Part shown: positions 40,005-49,999 of the stretch, piece by piece
How positions within the stretch are numbered: position 1 is the stretch's first letter
How the letters are laid out: every line of letters starts with the position of its first letter
NCBI GenBank assembly: GCA_043797615.1
Contig: JAZDPK010000035.1
Location: 3,523 to 67,522, forward strand
Reading direction: 5' to 3'
DNA: 64,000 nt
From: Parcubacteria group bacterium
Lineage (GTDB): Bacteria; Patescibacteriota; Patescibacteriia; UBA11705; JABHMO01
Program-made: the position numbers and the translations under genes
Notes under the pieces: model-generated
Told to the model about the DNA's origin: nothing
Databases searched by the model: none
What the model saw: the letters and a program-made list of their open reading frames with translations, nothing else

Positions 40005-42440
40005 ATGTACATCTCGCTAAATTGGCTTAAACAATATATCGACCTGCCGGAAAAAATTACGCCCGAAGCGCTGGCATTGAAATTGACCATGTCTACCGTG
40101 GAAGTGGAAGGATTGGAAGCGCTTGGCAAAAATTTGGATAAAATCGTGATTGGACGCGTTTTGAAAGTGGAAAAACATCCGAACGCGGATAAATTGATTT
40201 TGGCGAAAGTTGATATCGGTTCGAAGGAATTGAGCGTGGTTTGCGGCGGCAGCAACGTGAAAGAAAAGATGCTGGTCGCGCTGGCGCCGGAAGGCGCGAA
40301 AGTAGCCTGGCACGGCGAAGGCGAACTCGTTGAAATCAAAAAAGCGAAAGTGCGCGACCTGGAAAGCGAAGGCATGATTTGCGCGAGCGTGGAAATCGGT
40401 CTTGGCGGAACAATGCCGCACGCGGATGGCGAAATTTTGGATTTATCGCATTTAAACGCGCAAGCCGGCACGCCGTTGGCCGAAGCGCTGAATTTAAACG
40501 ACATTGTTTTTGAAATCGACAATAAATCCCTGACCAATCGGCCGGATTTGTGGGGGCATTACGGCCTGGCGCGGGAAGTTGCCGGGCTTTACGATTTACC
40601 GCTGAAAAAATACGCAACGAAGAAAATTAAAAGTGCGAATAAAATAAATTTAAAAGTCAAAGTTCAAGATGCGAAAGCTTGTCCGCGGTATTTGGCCGTG
40701 GCTTTATCCGGCATTAAAGTCGGAGAGTCGCCGGCCTGGCTGAAGCAGCGCGTGCAAGCGATCGGACAGAAGCCGATCAACAACATCGTCGACATCACGA
40801 ATTACATCATGTTCGACATCGGCCAGCCGCTGCACGCGTTTGACGCCGATAAAATTAATAATCATGAAATTATAATTCGCAAAGCGTTGGACAAGGAAAA
40901 AATAACGACTTTGGACGGAACCGTTAAAAGTTTAACCGCAGACGATTTGGTTATCGCGGACAATGAAAAAGCCGTTGCCTTGGCCGGCGTGATGGGCGGA
41001 GCGAACTCGGAAATTTCCGCCAAAACCGAAACGATCATCATCGAATCCGCGAATTTCGAGCCGGTCGCCATCCGCCGCACCGCCAATCGATTGTCTTCGC
41101 GCACCGAAGCGTCGATCCGTTTTGAAAAAAGCCTTGATCCGAATTATGCCGGGCAGGCGATATTGAAAGCGGTTGAATTGATAAAATCGGTTTGTCCGTC
41201 GGCAACGGTGGCGAGCGATCTGATCGACGAATCTAATTTTAAATTAAATCAAGCGTTGATCAATATTTCCTGGCAACTCATCGACGAGCGCATTGGATTT
41301 AAAATCGAACATGAGCGCGTTGAAAAAATATTGAACAGCCTGGGATTTAAATTGAAGAAAAATAAAACCGGCTTGCAGATCATCGCGCCGACTTGGCGCG
41401 CGACCAAGGACATCGCCATTGCCGAGGACATTATCGAAGAAATCACGCGCATTTACGGCTACGACAATTTGGCGCCGGCCATGCCGAGCAGCCAGAATGA
41501 GTATGTTGAACAGGAAAAACTGTTCGGTTTGACGCGGCAGACGCGGAATATTTTAGCGTACGCGGTCGGCGCGAACGAGATTTACAATTATTCGTTCATT
41601 GGTAAAGATTTTTTGGAAAAAATCGAGCATCCGATAAACCACATCGAGATCGCCAATCCGTTCGCGGACAGTCAAACGCTGATGCGCGCGAGTTTAATTC
41701 CGGGTTTATTGAAAAACGCGGCAGACAATCTGCGCTTTTTCGAAACGTTTAACATATTCGAAATCGGCAAAACATTTATTAATGACAAGAAGGGCGAATT
41801 GGCTCGTCCGGATTCGGAATTCCGCTTGCCGACGCAGGACATTATGGCGGCCGGGCTTTTGATCGGCAAAAACAACGAAGACGCGTTTTTCCGTGCGAAA
41901 GGAACAGTGGAAACATTGTTTGAAAAATTGAACCTTGAATTTCAATATGAAAAATTAACCGAGCAAACCGCCTGGACTCATCCGGAGCAGAGCTTGGCCG
42001 TTTTAATCAACAATGAAATCGTCGGACATCTGGCGACTTTGCATCCGCAAGCGTCGTCTTCTTTGGGAATCAACGTGCCAATCGCGGTTTGGGAGTTAAA
42101 TTTGAATAAAATCGAAGCATATTTCCCGGCGCCGAAAAAATACCGGCAATTGCCGAAATTTCCAGCGGTGAAACTCGATCTTTCGATCGTTGTGAATGAA
42201 AGCGAACAATGGAAAGACATCCTGAATCTGGTGAAAGCGATCAAGCCCGATTTGATCAAGCGCGCGGAGTTGCTCGATGTGTTCAAAAATGGTAAAATAA
42301 AAGCGGGAGACAAGAGCTTGACTTTCCGCATCACCTACCAGTCGGACGATCGGACGCTGGAAATGTCCGAGATCAACGTTTTGCAGAAAAAAATCATCGA
42401 ACAGCTGGAGAAAGGGGTGGGAGCGAGGATAAGAAATTAA
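40005..42440 (+). CDS. pheT: Phenylalanine-tRNA ligase beta subunit
   Basis: HPNADKL, NRPDL.GHYGLARE, QPLHAFD, AGVMGG, C-terminal FDX-ACB domain. Confidence 0.96.
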   Translation: MYISLNWLKQYIDLPEKITPEALALKLTMSTVEVEGLEALGKNLDKIVIGRVLKVEKHPNADKLILAKVDIGSKELSVVCGGSNVKEKMLVALAPEGAKVAWHGEGELVEIKKAKVRDLESEGMICASVEIGLGGTMPHADGEILDLSHLNAQAGTPLAEALNLNDIVFEIDNKSLTNRPDLWGHYGLAREVAGLYDLPLKKYATKKIKSANKINLKVKVQDAKACPRYLAVALSGIKVGESPAWLKQRVQAIGQKPINNIVDITNYIMFDIGQPLHAFDADKINNHEIIIRKALDKEKITTLDGTVKSLTADDLVIADNEKAVALAGVMGGANSEISAKTETIIIESANFEPVAIRRTANRLSSRTEASIRFEKSLDPNYAGQAILKAVELIKSVCPSATVASDLIDESNFKLNQALINISWQLIDERIGFKIEHERVEKILNSLGFKLKKNKTGLQIIAPTWRATKDIAIAEDIIEEITRIYGYDNLAPAMPSSQNEYVEQEKLFGLTRQTRNILAYAVGANEIYNYSFIGKDFLEKIEHPINHIEIANPFADSQTLMRASLIPGLLKNAADNLRFFETFNIFEIGKTFINDKKGELARPDSEFRLPTQDIMAAGLLIGKNNEDAFFRAKGTVETLFEKLNLEFQYEKLTEQTAWTHPEQSLAVLINNEIVGHLATLHPQASSSLGINVPIAVWELNLNKIEAYFPAPKKYRQLPKFPAVKLDLSIVVNESEQWKDILNLVKAIKPDLIKRAELLDVFKNGKIKAGDKSLTFRITYQSDDRTLEMSEINVLQKKIIEQLEKGVGARIRN

Positions 42441-42502
42441 AAAAACAAGAAACCAATAAATTAAAAAATCAATAAAATAAAAAATTAAAATTGCGGAAAT
42501 TT

Positions 42503-42826
42503 ATGCTTCAAACCACTAATGACATTTTTTTTCTCGTGCTTTCGATTTGCGTCGGGGCGTTCACGGTTTTTCTGTGCTGGTGGCTTTTCTACATGATCCG
42601 CTTTTTCAAGCAGACGACCGACACTTTCAACGCGATCAAGGATAAAATCGAGCGCATCGCAAGCGTTTTCCATTTTCTGCGCAATAAATTGGTGTCAGAA
42701 GGAATGAATACGATTGTAAATTATATTAAAGAGAAAAAGCAAAACAACGAAACAGCAAAACATCAAAAAAACAATAAAACAAAAAATCAAGAAAACAATG
42801 AATCTTCGAATGACGATAAAGAATAG
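42503..42826 (+). CDS. Small membrane protein
   Basis: N-terminal TM then coiled coil. Confidence 0.6.
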   Translation: MLQTTNDIFFLVLSICVGAFTVFLCWWLFYMIRFFKQTTDTFNAIKDKIERIASVFHFLRNKLVSEGMNTIVNYIKEKKQNNETAKHQKNNKTKNQENNESSNDDKE

Positions 42827-43032
42827 GAAAACAGATGTTAAGAGGGCTGAAGAAGATTGCGTTTAATGATTTAATTCGCGGCATTTGCATCGAAGTTTAT
42901 TCGCATCAGCGGCGCTTCCAAAAATAAAAACAAAATTACAGATGGGCAAGATAATGTCAGATTGTCTTGAATATATAATCAAGTCAATCTCGTTTATCCC
43001 GTTTATCTCATTGCCACATCTCGTAACCCATT

Positions 43033-45591
43033 ATGCCTACCGTTCAAATTGACATAAGCTCCGGCCAGACTATTTTATCGAATCCGATGATCACAATGGG
43101 ATTGGGAATTATTTTCCTGATTTTTTTGTTTGTCATCGGCCTTAACATTCTCCGATATCATTTGGTCCATCGGGGAGGAGTGAACGAGGCGTTCCGAAAA
43201 AAACTGTTGCTCATCACCGTGCCGAAGGAAAAACCGGACGAGAAAACCGGCACGAACATTACATTGCAGCAGACGCAGGAAAAAATCGGCGTGATGGAGA
43301 CTTTTTTCTCGACCATCGCCGGCATGAAGGCGGAAAAGGGATTCAAAGCCTGGCTGCTGGGCCGGCAGGACGTTTTTGCGTTGGAAATCCTCTGCCATGA
43401 AGGGAAAATCAGCTTTTACATCGCCATGCCCGAGAAATACCGGCAATACGTCGAAGAGCAGATCCACGCCCAATTCTCGAACGCGTACGTCGAAGAAGTT
43501 TTCGACTATAATCTGTTCAAGCCGCAATCGATCGTTGCCGGCAAGATGCTGGAGCTCGGCCGCGAATATTTTTTCCCGATAAAAACCTATAAAAAATTCG
43601 AAACCGATCCGCTCAATTCGATTACAAACGTGCTTAGCAAAGTAAATGAGAAAGACGGCGCGGCGATTCAAATAATCATCCGCTCGGCGCACCGCTCCTG
43701 GCACGATCTCGGCGCCAGGGTCGCGACGAAGCTGCAGCAGGGCAAAAAAATGAAGCAGGCGATTGCCGAAGCGCGCGGCGGTTTTTCCGGCTTTTTCCGC
43801 GGCGTCAAAGAGGCGATTGTCATAAAAGAACAAAGCAAGCCGCAATCCGAATACCGGCTGTCGCCTATGGAAGGGGAAGTGGTCAAGGCGATCGAGGAGA
43901 AGACCAGCAAGGCCGGCGTCGACGCGAACATCCGAATCATCGTTTCCAGCGCCAATCAGGCGAGCGCGGACAGCTATCTGACCAATATCGCCAATTCGTT
44001 CAACCAATACAACGTTTACAAATTCGGCAACGGTTTTAAAACCACCGGCCGTTCGATGAACAGGCTGGCGCACGATTTTATTTTCCGCAAATTCGACGAA
44101 GGCCGCAAAATTATTTTAAATACGGAAGAACTGGCCAGCTTGTTCCATCTGCCGATCCCGTTCGTCAACGAAGCGCCGAACATCCGCTGGCTGGAATCGA
44201 AGAAAGCGCCGGCCCCGCTCAACATTCCGGCTGAAGGTTTGTTCCTCGGGCTTAACACTTATCGCGGAAAGGAAGTGCCGATCTACATGAAGACCGAGGA
44301 CCGCTTCCGCCACATGTACGTGATCGGCATGACCGGCACCGGCAAGACTTATTTCATTTCCGAGCTCGCGATGCAGGACATCAACGCCGGCGAAGGCATG
44401 TGCTTCATCGATCCGCACGGTCCGGACGTCGAGGAAATCCTGGCGCGGGTGCCTAAAGAGCGGGCCGAAGACGTGATATTCTTCGATCCGACGGATTTCG
44501 AGCGGCCGATCGCCCTGAACATGCTTGAATTCGAAACGCCGGAAGAAAAAACTTTCGTGGTCAACGAAATAATGAACATATTCGACAAATTGTACGACTT
44601 GCGCGCGACCGGCGGCCCGATGTTCGAGCAATATTTTAAAAACGCCTGTTATCTCGTAATGAGCGATCCGGCGTCCGGTTCGACGCTCGCGGAAATTCCG
44701 AAAGTGCTGGCGGACGAGGAATTCCGAAAAATGAAATTATCCAAATGCGATATCCCGACAGTAAAAGACTTTTGGGAAAAGGAAGCGCAGAAAGCCGGCG
44801 GCGAAGCGGCGCTCGCGAACATGGTTCCCTACATCACCAGCAAACTCGCGCCGTTCCTGGCGAACGACATGATGCGTCCGATCGTTTCCCAGCAGAAGAG
44901 CACGATCGATTTCAAGGAAGCGATGGCTAAGAAAAAAATTATTCTGGTTAAATTGGCTAAAGGAAAAATCGGCAACATCAACGCGTATCTGCTCGGCATG
45001 ATCATCGTCGGAAAAATATTGATGGCGGCGATGAGCCGCGTGGACATGTCAAAGGAGGAGCGCAAGGATTTTTTCCTTTACATCGACGAATTCCAGAACG
45101 TTTTGACCGAAAGCATCGAATCGATATTGTCCGAAGCGCGCAAATTCCGCCTTGCCCTCATTATCGCGCACCAATACGTGGCCCAGCTGGTCAAGCCGAA
45201 CGACACGAAGATCCGCGACGCGGTTTTCGGCAACGTGGGCACGAAAGTCTCGTTCCGCATCGGCGTGGAGGACGCCCAGCTCCTGGCGAAAGAATTCGCG
45301 CCGGTATTTTCCGAATACGATCTGATAAACGTGCCGGCGAAAAACTGCTTTGTCCGCTTGCTGGTGGACAACGCCAATCCGCCGGGCTTCAATATGAAAG
45401 TCGTGCCGCACGAAAGCATCCCGGGCGTGCCGCCGGCCGATCCGGAATTGGCCAAGGCGATCAAGCAGCTGTCGCGCTTGAAGTACGGCAAAGACCGCAA
45501 AATCATTGAAATGGAAGTCAAGGAAAGAGTGGGGAAAGTTTTGGAGGAAATCAAAGAAGACGAAGATGACGACGACGATGAAAATGATTAA
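43033..45591 (+). CDS. Membrane-anchored TraD/VirD4/HerA-like ATPase
   Basis: RH.YVIG.TGTGKT Walker A, IDPHG, YIDEFQN, SEARKF.L....AHQY, FGNVGT. Confidence 0.85.
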   Translation: MPTVQIDISSGQTILSNPMITMGLGIIFLIFLFVIGLNILRYHLVHRGGVNEAFRKKLLLITVPKEKPDEKTGTNITLQQTQEKIGVMETFFSTIAGMKAEKGFKAWLLGRQDVFALEILCHEGKISFYIAMPEKYRQYVEEQIHAQFSNAYVEEVFDYNLFKPQSIVAGKMLELGREYFFPIKTYKKFETDPLNSITNVLSKVNEKDGAAIQIIIRSAHRSWHDLGARVATKLQQGKKMKQAIAEARGGFSGFFRGVKEAIVIKEQSKPQSEYRLSPMEGEVVKAIEEKTSKAGVDANIRIIVSSANQASADSYLTNIANSFNQYNVYKFGNGFKTTGRSMNRLAHDFIFRKFDEGRKIILNTEELASLFHLPIPFVNEAPNIRWLESKKAPAPLNIPAEGLFLGLNTYRGKEVPIYMKTEDRFRHMYVIGMTGTGKTYFISELAMQDINAGEGMCFIDPHGPDVEEILARVPKERAEDVIFFDPTDFERPIALNMLEFETPEEKTFVVNEIMNIFDKLYDLRATGGPMFEQYFKNACYLVMSDPASGSTLAEIPKVLADEEFRKMKLSKCDIPTVKDFWEKEAQKAGGEAALANMVPYITSKLAPFLANDMMRPIVSQQKSTIDFKEAMAKKKIILVKLAKGKIGNINAYLLGMIIVGKILMAAMSRVDMSKEERKDFFLYIDEFQNVLTESIESILSEARKFRLALIIAHQYVAQLVKPNDTKIRDAVFGNVGTKVSFRIGVEDAQLLAKEFAPVFSEYDLINVPAKNCFVRLLVDNANPPGFNMKVVPHESIPGVPPADPELAKAIKQLSRLKYGKDRKIIEMEVKERVGKVLEEIKEDEDDDDDEND

Positions 45592-45721
45592 TCGCGAATA
45601 AAAACGAATTAAAACGAATTACCAAAGATAAATTTCATTAGAGATTTGTGTTGATTCGTGGTAATTCGCGCGATTCGTGAAATAAAAATTAAAAAATTAA
45701 AAAATAATAAAAACAAAAAGT

Positions 45722-46351
45722 ATGTTCGGTTTATTCAAAAAAACAAAAAAGCAAGAAAACAAAAAAACAACGCCAAAACAAAATCAAAAACATGAACCGG
45801 AATTGTCGTCGAACGAAGTGCTGAACAGCATCGCGAAAATGCAGAAAGAGCTTGACCGGCTGAAGATGGCGATTTCGGCGCAAAGCAATTTTTCCCAATC
45901 CGAATCGACCGATCATATTTTAAAGAGCGCGCTTGAGGAAGTGCGGACGCGGGCGTCTTCGGCCGAGAAAAGCGGCAACGAGAAAGTGATCGAGGGCGTT
46001 TTTAACGGCGCGAGCATGGTGGGCGGCGACGGCATGGAATACGACGTACCGGCGAACTACGCGTCAAAGTCGAAATTGGTCGAAGGCGACATTTTGAAAT
46101 TGACGATCAACAACCTGGGCGCTTTCGTTTACAAGCAAATCAAGCCGATTGAACGCTTGCGGCAGATTGGCGTTTTAGAACAGGATCCGTTCAATCTGCA
46201 ATTCTTCGCCTCGTTGAACGGCAAGAAGTGGAAGCTCTTGACCGCCAGCGTTACTTATTTCAAAGGCGAACCGGGCGACGAAGTGGTGTTTTTGACGCCG
46301 ACGGAAAGCGGCAGCCGGTGGGCGGCGGTGGAGAACATTGTCAAGAAATGA
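45722..46351 (+). CDS. Conserved hypothetical protein
   Basis: IEGVFNG..M...DG..Y.VPANYASKSKLVEGD motif. Confidence 0.75.
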   Translation: MFGLFKKTKKQENKKTTPKQNQKHEPELSSNEVLNSIAKMQKELDRLKMAISAQSNFSQSESTDHILKSALEEVRTRASSAEKSGNEKVIEGVFNGASMVGGDGMEYDVPANYASKSKLVEGDILKLTINNLGAFVYKQIKPIERLRQIGVLEQDPFNLQFFASLNGKKWKLLTASVTYFKGEPGDEVVFLTPTESGSRWAAVENIVKK

Positions 46352-46690
46352 CGCTAAACAACCTGCCTTCGCATAAGCTACGGCAAGGCAAGCGCAAAAC
46401 TGAACCTGCCTACGCAAATGCTTCGGCAGGCAGGCGCAAAATTTACGCTAAACCATTAAGAAATAAAATCGAAAAAGGAGGATAACCGCCTCTTTTTCGT
46501 TCGTTTGATTTTTATGTTATTGTTTGGTAATATGGGAGCACGTGATTAACGGGATAAACCTGCCTGCTCGCCGTCGCGTAGCCGCTATGGCGGAGCACGG
46601 CCGGCAGGCAGGTGAGATTGGCTCGATTAAATAGTCTAGACAATCACGTTTATCGCGTTTATCTCATCTTTATTTTTTAGAATATTTTTT

Positions 46691-48382
46691 ATGTCCATAG
46701 CATTGTACCGCAAATACCGTCCAAAAACGTTTTCCGAAGTGACGGATCAGAATCACATCAAGATCACATTGCAGAATGAAATCGAAACCGGCAAGATCGC
46801 GCACGCCTATCTTTTTTGCGGGCCGCGGGGCACGGGCAAGACCACGCTCGCGCGGCTGGTCGCCAAAGCGGCGAACTGCCTGGACATCCAGCCGGGCGGG
46901 GAGCCGTGCAACAAGTGCGCGAGCTGCCTCGACATCCTATCGAATCGGGCGCTCGACGTCATTGAGATTGACGCGGCCAGCAATACGGGCATTGACAACG
47001 TGCGCGAGAATATCATCGGCAGCGTGCGCTTTACGCCGGCGAAAAGCAAATTCAAAGTATTTATCATCGACGAAGTCCACATGCTTTCGATCTTCGCGTT
47101 CAATGCGCTCCTGAAAACGCTGGAAGAGCCGCCGAAGCACGTCATTTTCATCCTGGCGACGACCGAGGCGCACAAAGTGCCGGCGACGATCATTTCGCGC
47201 TGCCAGCGGTTTGATTTTAAAAAAATAATCGTATCCAAATTGGCCGAGCGCCTGAAATGGATCGCCGGCCAGGAAGGCGTGAGCGTCGACGACAAAGTGC
47301 TCTTGCACATCGCCAAGCAGGCGGGCGGCTGCGTGCGCGACGCGGAGAGCCTGCTCGAGCAGGTTTTCTCCCTCGGCGAGAAGAGCATTTCGCTGGAGCA
47401 GGCCGAGCTGATCATCCCGAAATCGGATTACGACGCTTTGTTCAAATTTTTTAAGGCGCTGGCCAGGAAGGCGACGGGCAACGCCATTGACATCATTGCG
47501 AAGATGGCGGCGGACGGCCTGGACATCGCCCAGTTCACCGACGATTTCGTCGAGTTCGTCCGCAAAATTCTAATTTATAAAATCAGCGGCCGGCTGGAAG
47601 AGCTGGCGCGGGAAACGGATGAAACAGCGGTCAAAGCGATCATCGGCATTCTGCCGGAAGTGCCGGAAAAACAGCTGACCGACATGATTTCGAAATGCCT
47701 CGGCGCGAAGGAGCTTTTCAGGCAGAGCCACATACCGACTCTGCCGCTGGAAATGGCGGTTTTCGAATTGACCGAATCTTGCGGATTGGCGACGGCCCCG
47801 GATAAAATGAATTGTCCGGAGCCCGCGTTGGAAAAAACTGAAGAAAAAAAAATCAAATTCGCTGACAAGCCGGAACCCGCTGAAATGAAAGCCGTTGCCG
47901 CTGAAAAAGCGGAAATAAAATCGGAAACAGCTCAGGCCGAGCCGGCTGAGCCGGAAACATCGTTGCTTAAGGCGGAAATGATGAAAGATGAATTAACTCT
48001 GGAAAAAAATGAAAGTCTGTGCTATGCTGGCATTGTTGAAAAATGGCCGAGCCTTTTGAATAAAGTCAGGGAGAGAAACATGCCGCTTTACATGTCTTTG
48101 CGCATGTCCAAGCCGGTTGGCTTCGGCAACGGCAAGTTGAGCCTGGGATTTCTGTTTGATTTGCAGAAGCAGCGGGTTGATAATTTGAGCTGCCGGGCGG
48201 CGCTGCGAGAAATTCTGCGCGAAGTTTATTCATCGGAAATGGAAGTGGAAACAACGATCGACCATGGCCTGACTTTGGCGGATCTGCCGAACGGCAGCGG
48301 CCAGGCGGTGCGCCGGGATATTTCGCTGGACGAGTCGGTGAATGAATTGGCGAATGAGTTCGAGGGGGAGATAGTTGATTAA
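46691..48382 (+). CDS. dnaX: DNA polymerase III gamma/tau
   Basis: LYRKYRP, GPRGTGKT, EIDAASN, IDEVHML, SRCQ. Confidence 0.96.
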   Translation: MSIALYRKYRPKTFSEVTDQNHIKITLQNEIETGKIAHAYLFCGPRGTGKTTLARLVAKAANCLDIQPGGEPCNKCASCLDILSNRALDVIEIDAASNTGIDNVRENIIGSVRFTPAKSKFKVFIIDEVHMLSIFAFNALLKTLEEPPKHVIFILATTEAHKVPATIISRCQRFDFKKIIVSKLAERLKWIAGQEGVSVDDKVLLHIAKQAGGCVRDAESLLEQVFSLGEKSISLEQAELIIPKSDYDALFKFFKALARKATGNAIDIIAKMAADGLDIAQFTDDFVEFVRKILIYKISGRLEELARETDETAVKAIIGILPEVPEKQLTDMISKCLGAKELFRQSHIPTLPLEMAVFELTESCGLATAPDKMNCPEPALEKTEEKKIKFADKPEPAEMKAVAAEKAEIKSETAQAEPAEPETSLLKAEMMKDELTLEKNESLCYAGIVEKWPSLLNKVRERNMPLYMSLRMSKPVGFGNGKLSLGFLFDLQKQRVDNLSCRAALREILREVYSSEMEVETTIDHGLTLADLPNGSGQAVRRDISLDESVNELANEFEGEIVD

Positions 48383-48537
48383 GCTCAAAGCACAAAATTC
48401 AAAATCAGTGCAGCGCAGTCGTGCCAACAGGCTGCACTGCGCTGTCAAAATAAATTTAAAACTAAAAATATAAAATTTAAAATACTCAAGTCGTTTTACT
48501 TTGGATTTTGAGTTTTGGATTTTGCGCTTGATTGTAT

Positions 48538-48611
48538 TCGGGGATCGTCTAATGGTAGGACGCCTGGCTCTGGCCCAGGTAATCCTGGTTCGAATCCAGG
48601 TCCCCGAGCCA
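48538..48611 (+). tRNA. tRNA-Gln(CTG)
   Basis: TCGGGGA/TCCCCGA acceptor stem, CCTGG-CTCTGGC-CCAGG anticodon arm, GGTTCGAATCC, encoded CCA. Confidence 0.93.
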
Positions 48612-48763
48612 TGAACTACTCGCGTACGCTCGAGTTCATGGCGCTGCCATAATTACATTGGATAACGCTCGAGTTCATGGCGCCGCCATCGCGATAATGA
48701 ATGGTTGTAAGCGAGTAGTTCATGCAGTGAACCCGAACAAAGAGAGTGGTTCACTGAAAAAAT

Positions 48764-49039
48764 ATGTTGAGCAAATTTTTTTATGTTTATGTTCTTTTGA
48801 GTCTAAAAGATAAAAAGTTTTATATCGGTTTTACAAATGATGTTGAAAGACGGCTGCTTGAGCATCAGCGCGGTGAAAACGTGTCGACGGCTAAGCGATT
48901 GCCTGTAGCGCTTATTTATTTTGAAGCTTTCCAATCAAAGAAGGACGCACTACGCAGAGAAAGTTATTTTAAAACATCAAAAGGGAAAACAACTTTAAGA
49001 CAAATGATAAGAGAAAATTTGCATGATTTAAGTATGTAA
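48764..49039 (+). CDS. Small stand-alone GIY-YIG nuclease
   Basis: YVYVLLSLKD..FYIGFT.D..RR..EH..G...ST..R.P..LIYFE...DA.RRE.YFK. Confidence 0.92.
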   Translation: MLSKFFYVYVLLSLKDKKFYIGFTNDVERRLLEHQRGENVSTAKRLPVALIYFEAFQSKKDALRRESYFKTSKGKTTLRQMIRENLHDLSM

Positions 49040-49160
49040 TTTTTTCTTGAAATATTAATGACAAATTGAACGAGACATCTCGTTTTTTTGTTTAATAAAA
49101 TAATTCGCTTATTTCGTCGATTTATAGTACAATATCGATATTAACAATAACAATATTTTC

Positions 49161-49994
49161 ATGAAAAAAAGGAATTTTACCTTGATTTTAATCCTTGCCG
49201 TCGTCATAACCGCGGCGGCAGGTTTTATCGTATATTCGAAAAGAAACATCGCTGTCGCGCCGCCGCTCATTGGCGTCAGTTCATTGAAAGCGGACGATGC
49301 CGTGAAAAGCCCGTTGGAAATTTTCGGACAAGCGCGAGGAAATTGGTATTTTGAAGCGTCGTTTCCCGTGAAAATTTTTGACGCGAACGGCGTGCTTCTC
49401 GGTTCGACCCCGGCGCAAGCTCAAGGGGACTGGATGACGACTAATTTTGTTCCGTTCAAAGCAACGCTCAAGTTTCCTCAGCCGTTGACTTCTACCGGAA
49501 AAATCATTTTTGAAAAAGACAATCCTTCCGGCTTGCCGCAGAACGCCGATAAATTGGAAATGCCGGTGCGTTTTGAATCTTCCGCACCGGCCGCCATGCG
49601 CAGCGTTAATCTTTTTTACTACGACGCGTCTAAAGACGTTGATGCCGGCGGAAATTTATTATGTACTAAAAGAGGTCTTGTTCCGGTCGTCCGAAATATT
49701 CCCGTCACAATGTCTCCGATTCAGGATACGCTCAGATTGTTCTTGAAAGGGGATCTGACGCCGGCGGAAAAAGCGCAAGGCATAACGACCGAATTCCCGC
49801 TTTCCGGCATGGAAATGACTGGCGTGGCGCTTAATAGCGGCGTTCTCGCTTTAACTTTCTACGATCCGGAAAATCAGACGGGCGGCGGGTCGTGCCGCGT
49901 TGGCATTCTCTGGTCGCAGATCAAAGCAACGGCAATGCAATTTCCTGAGGTTAAATCCGTCAAATTCAGCCCTGAGGCGCTGTTTCAACCCTAA
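49161..49994 (+). CDS. Gmad2 Ig-like plus GerMN-like domain protein
   Basis: G.ARG.WYFEASFP, DNPSG, GGSCRV...QI..T..QF..V. Confidence 0.8.
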   Translation: MKKRNFTLILILAVVITAAAGFIVYSKRNIAVAPPLIGVSSLKADDAVKSPLEIFGQARGNWYFEASFPVKIFDANGVLLGSTPAQAQGDWMTTNFVPFKATLKFPQPLTSTGKIIFEKDNPSGLPQNADKLEMPVRFESSAPAAMRSVNLFYYDASKDVDAGGNLLCTKRGLVPVVRNIPVTMSPIQDTLRLFLKGDLTPAEKAQGITTEFPLSGMEMTGVALNSGVLALTFYDPENQTGGGSCRVGILWSQIKATAMQFPEVKSVKFSPEALFQP

Positions 49995-49999
49995 TTTGT

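Noticed and set aside
7289-44073. Long antisense ORFs (e.g. 7289-8167, 8563-9489, 19840-20799, 26796-27509, 43075-44073)
   Set aside because: They fully overlap well-supported genes on the opposite strand and show no motifs; treated as codon-bias shadows.
43033-45591. Conjugative element from the VirD4-like ATPase
   Set aside because: No relaxase or VirB genes; it sits among housekeeping genes, and such ATPases are common in CPR chromosomes.
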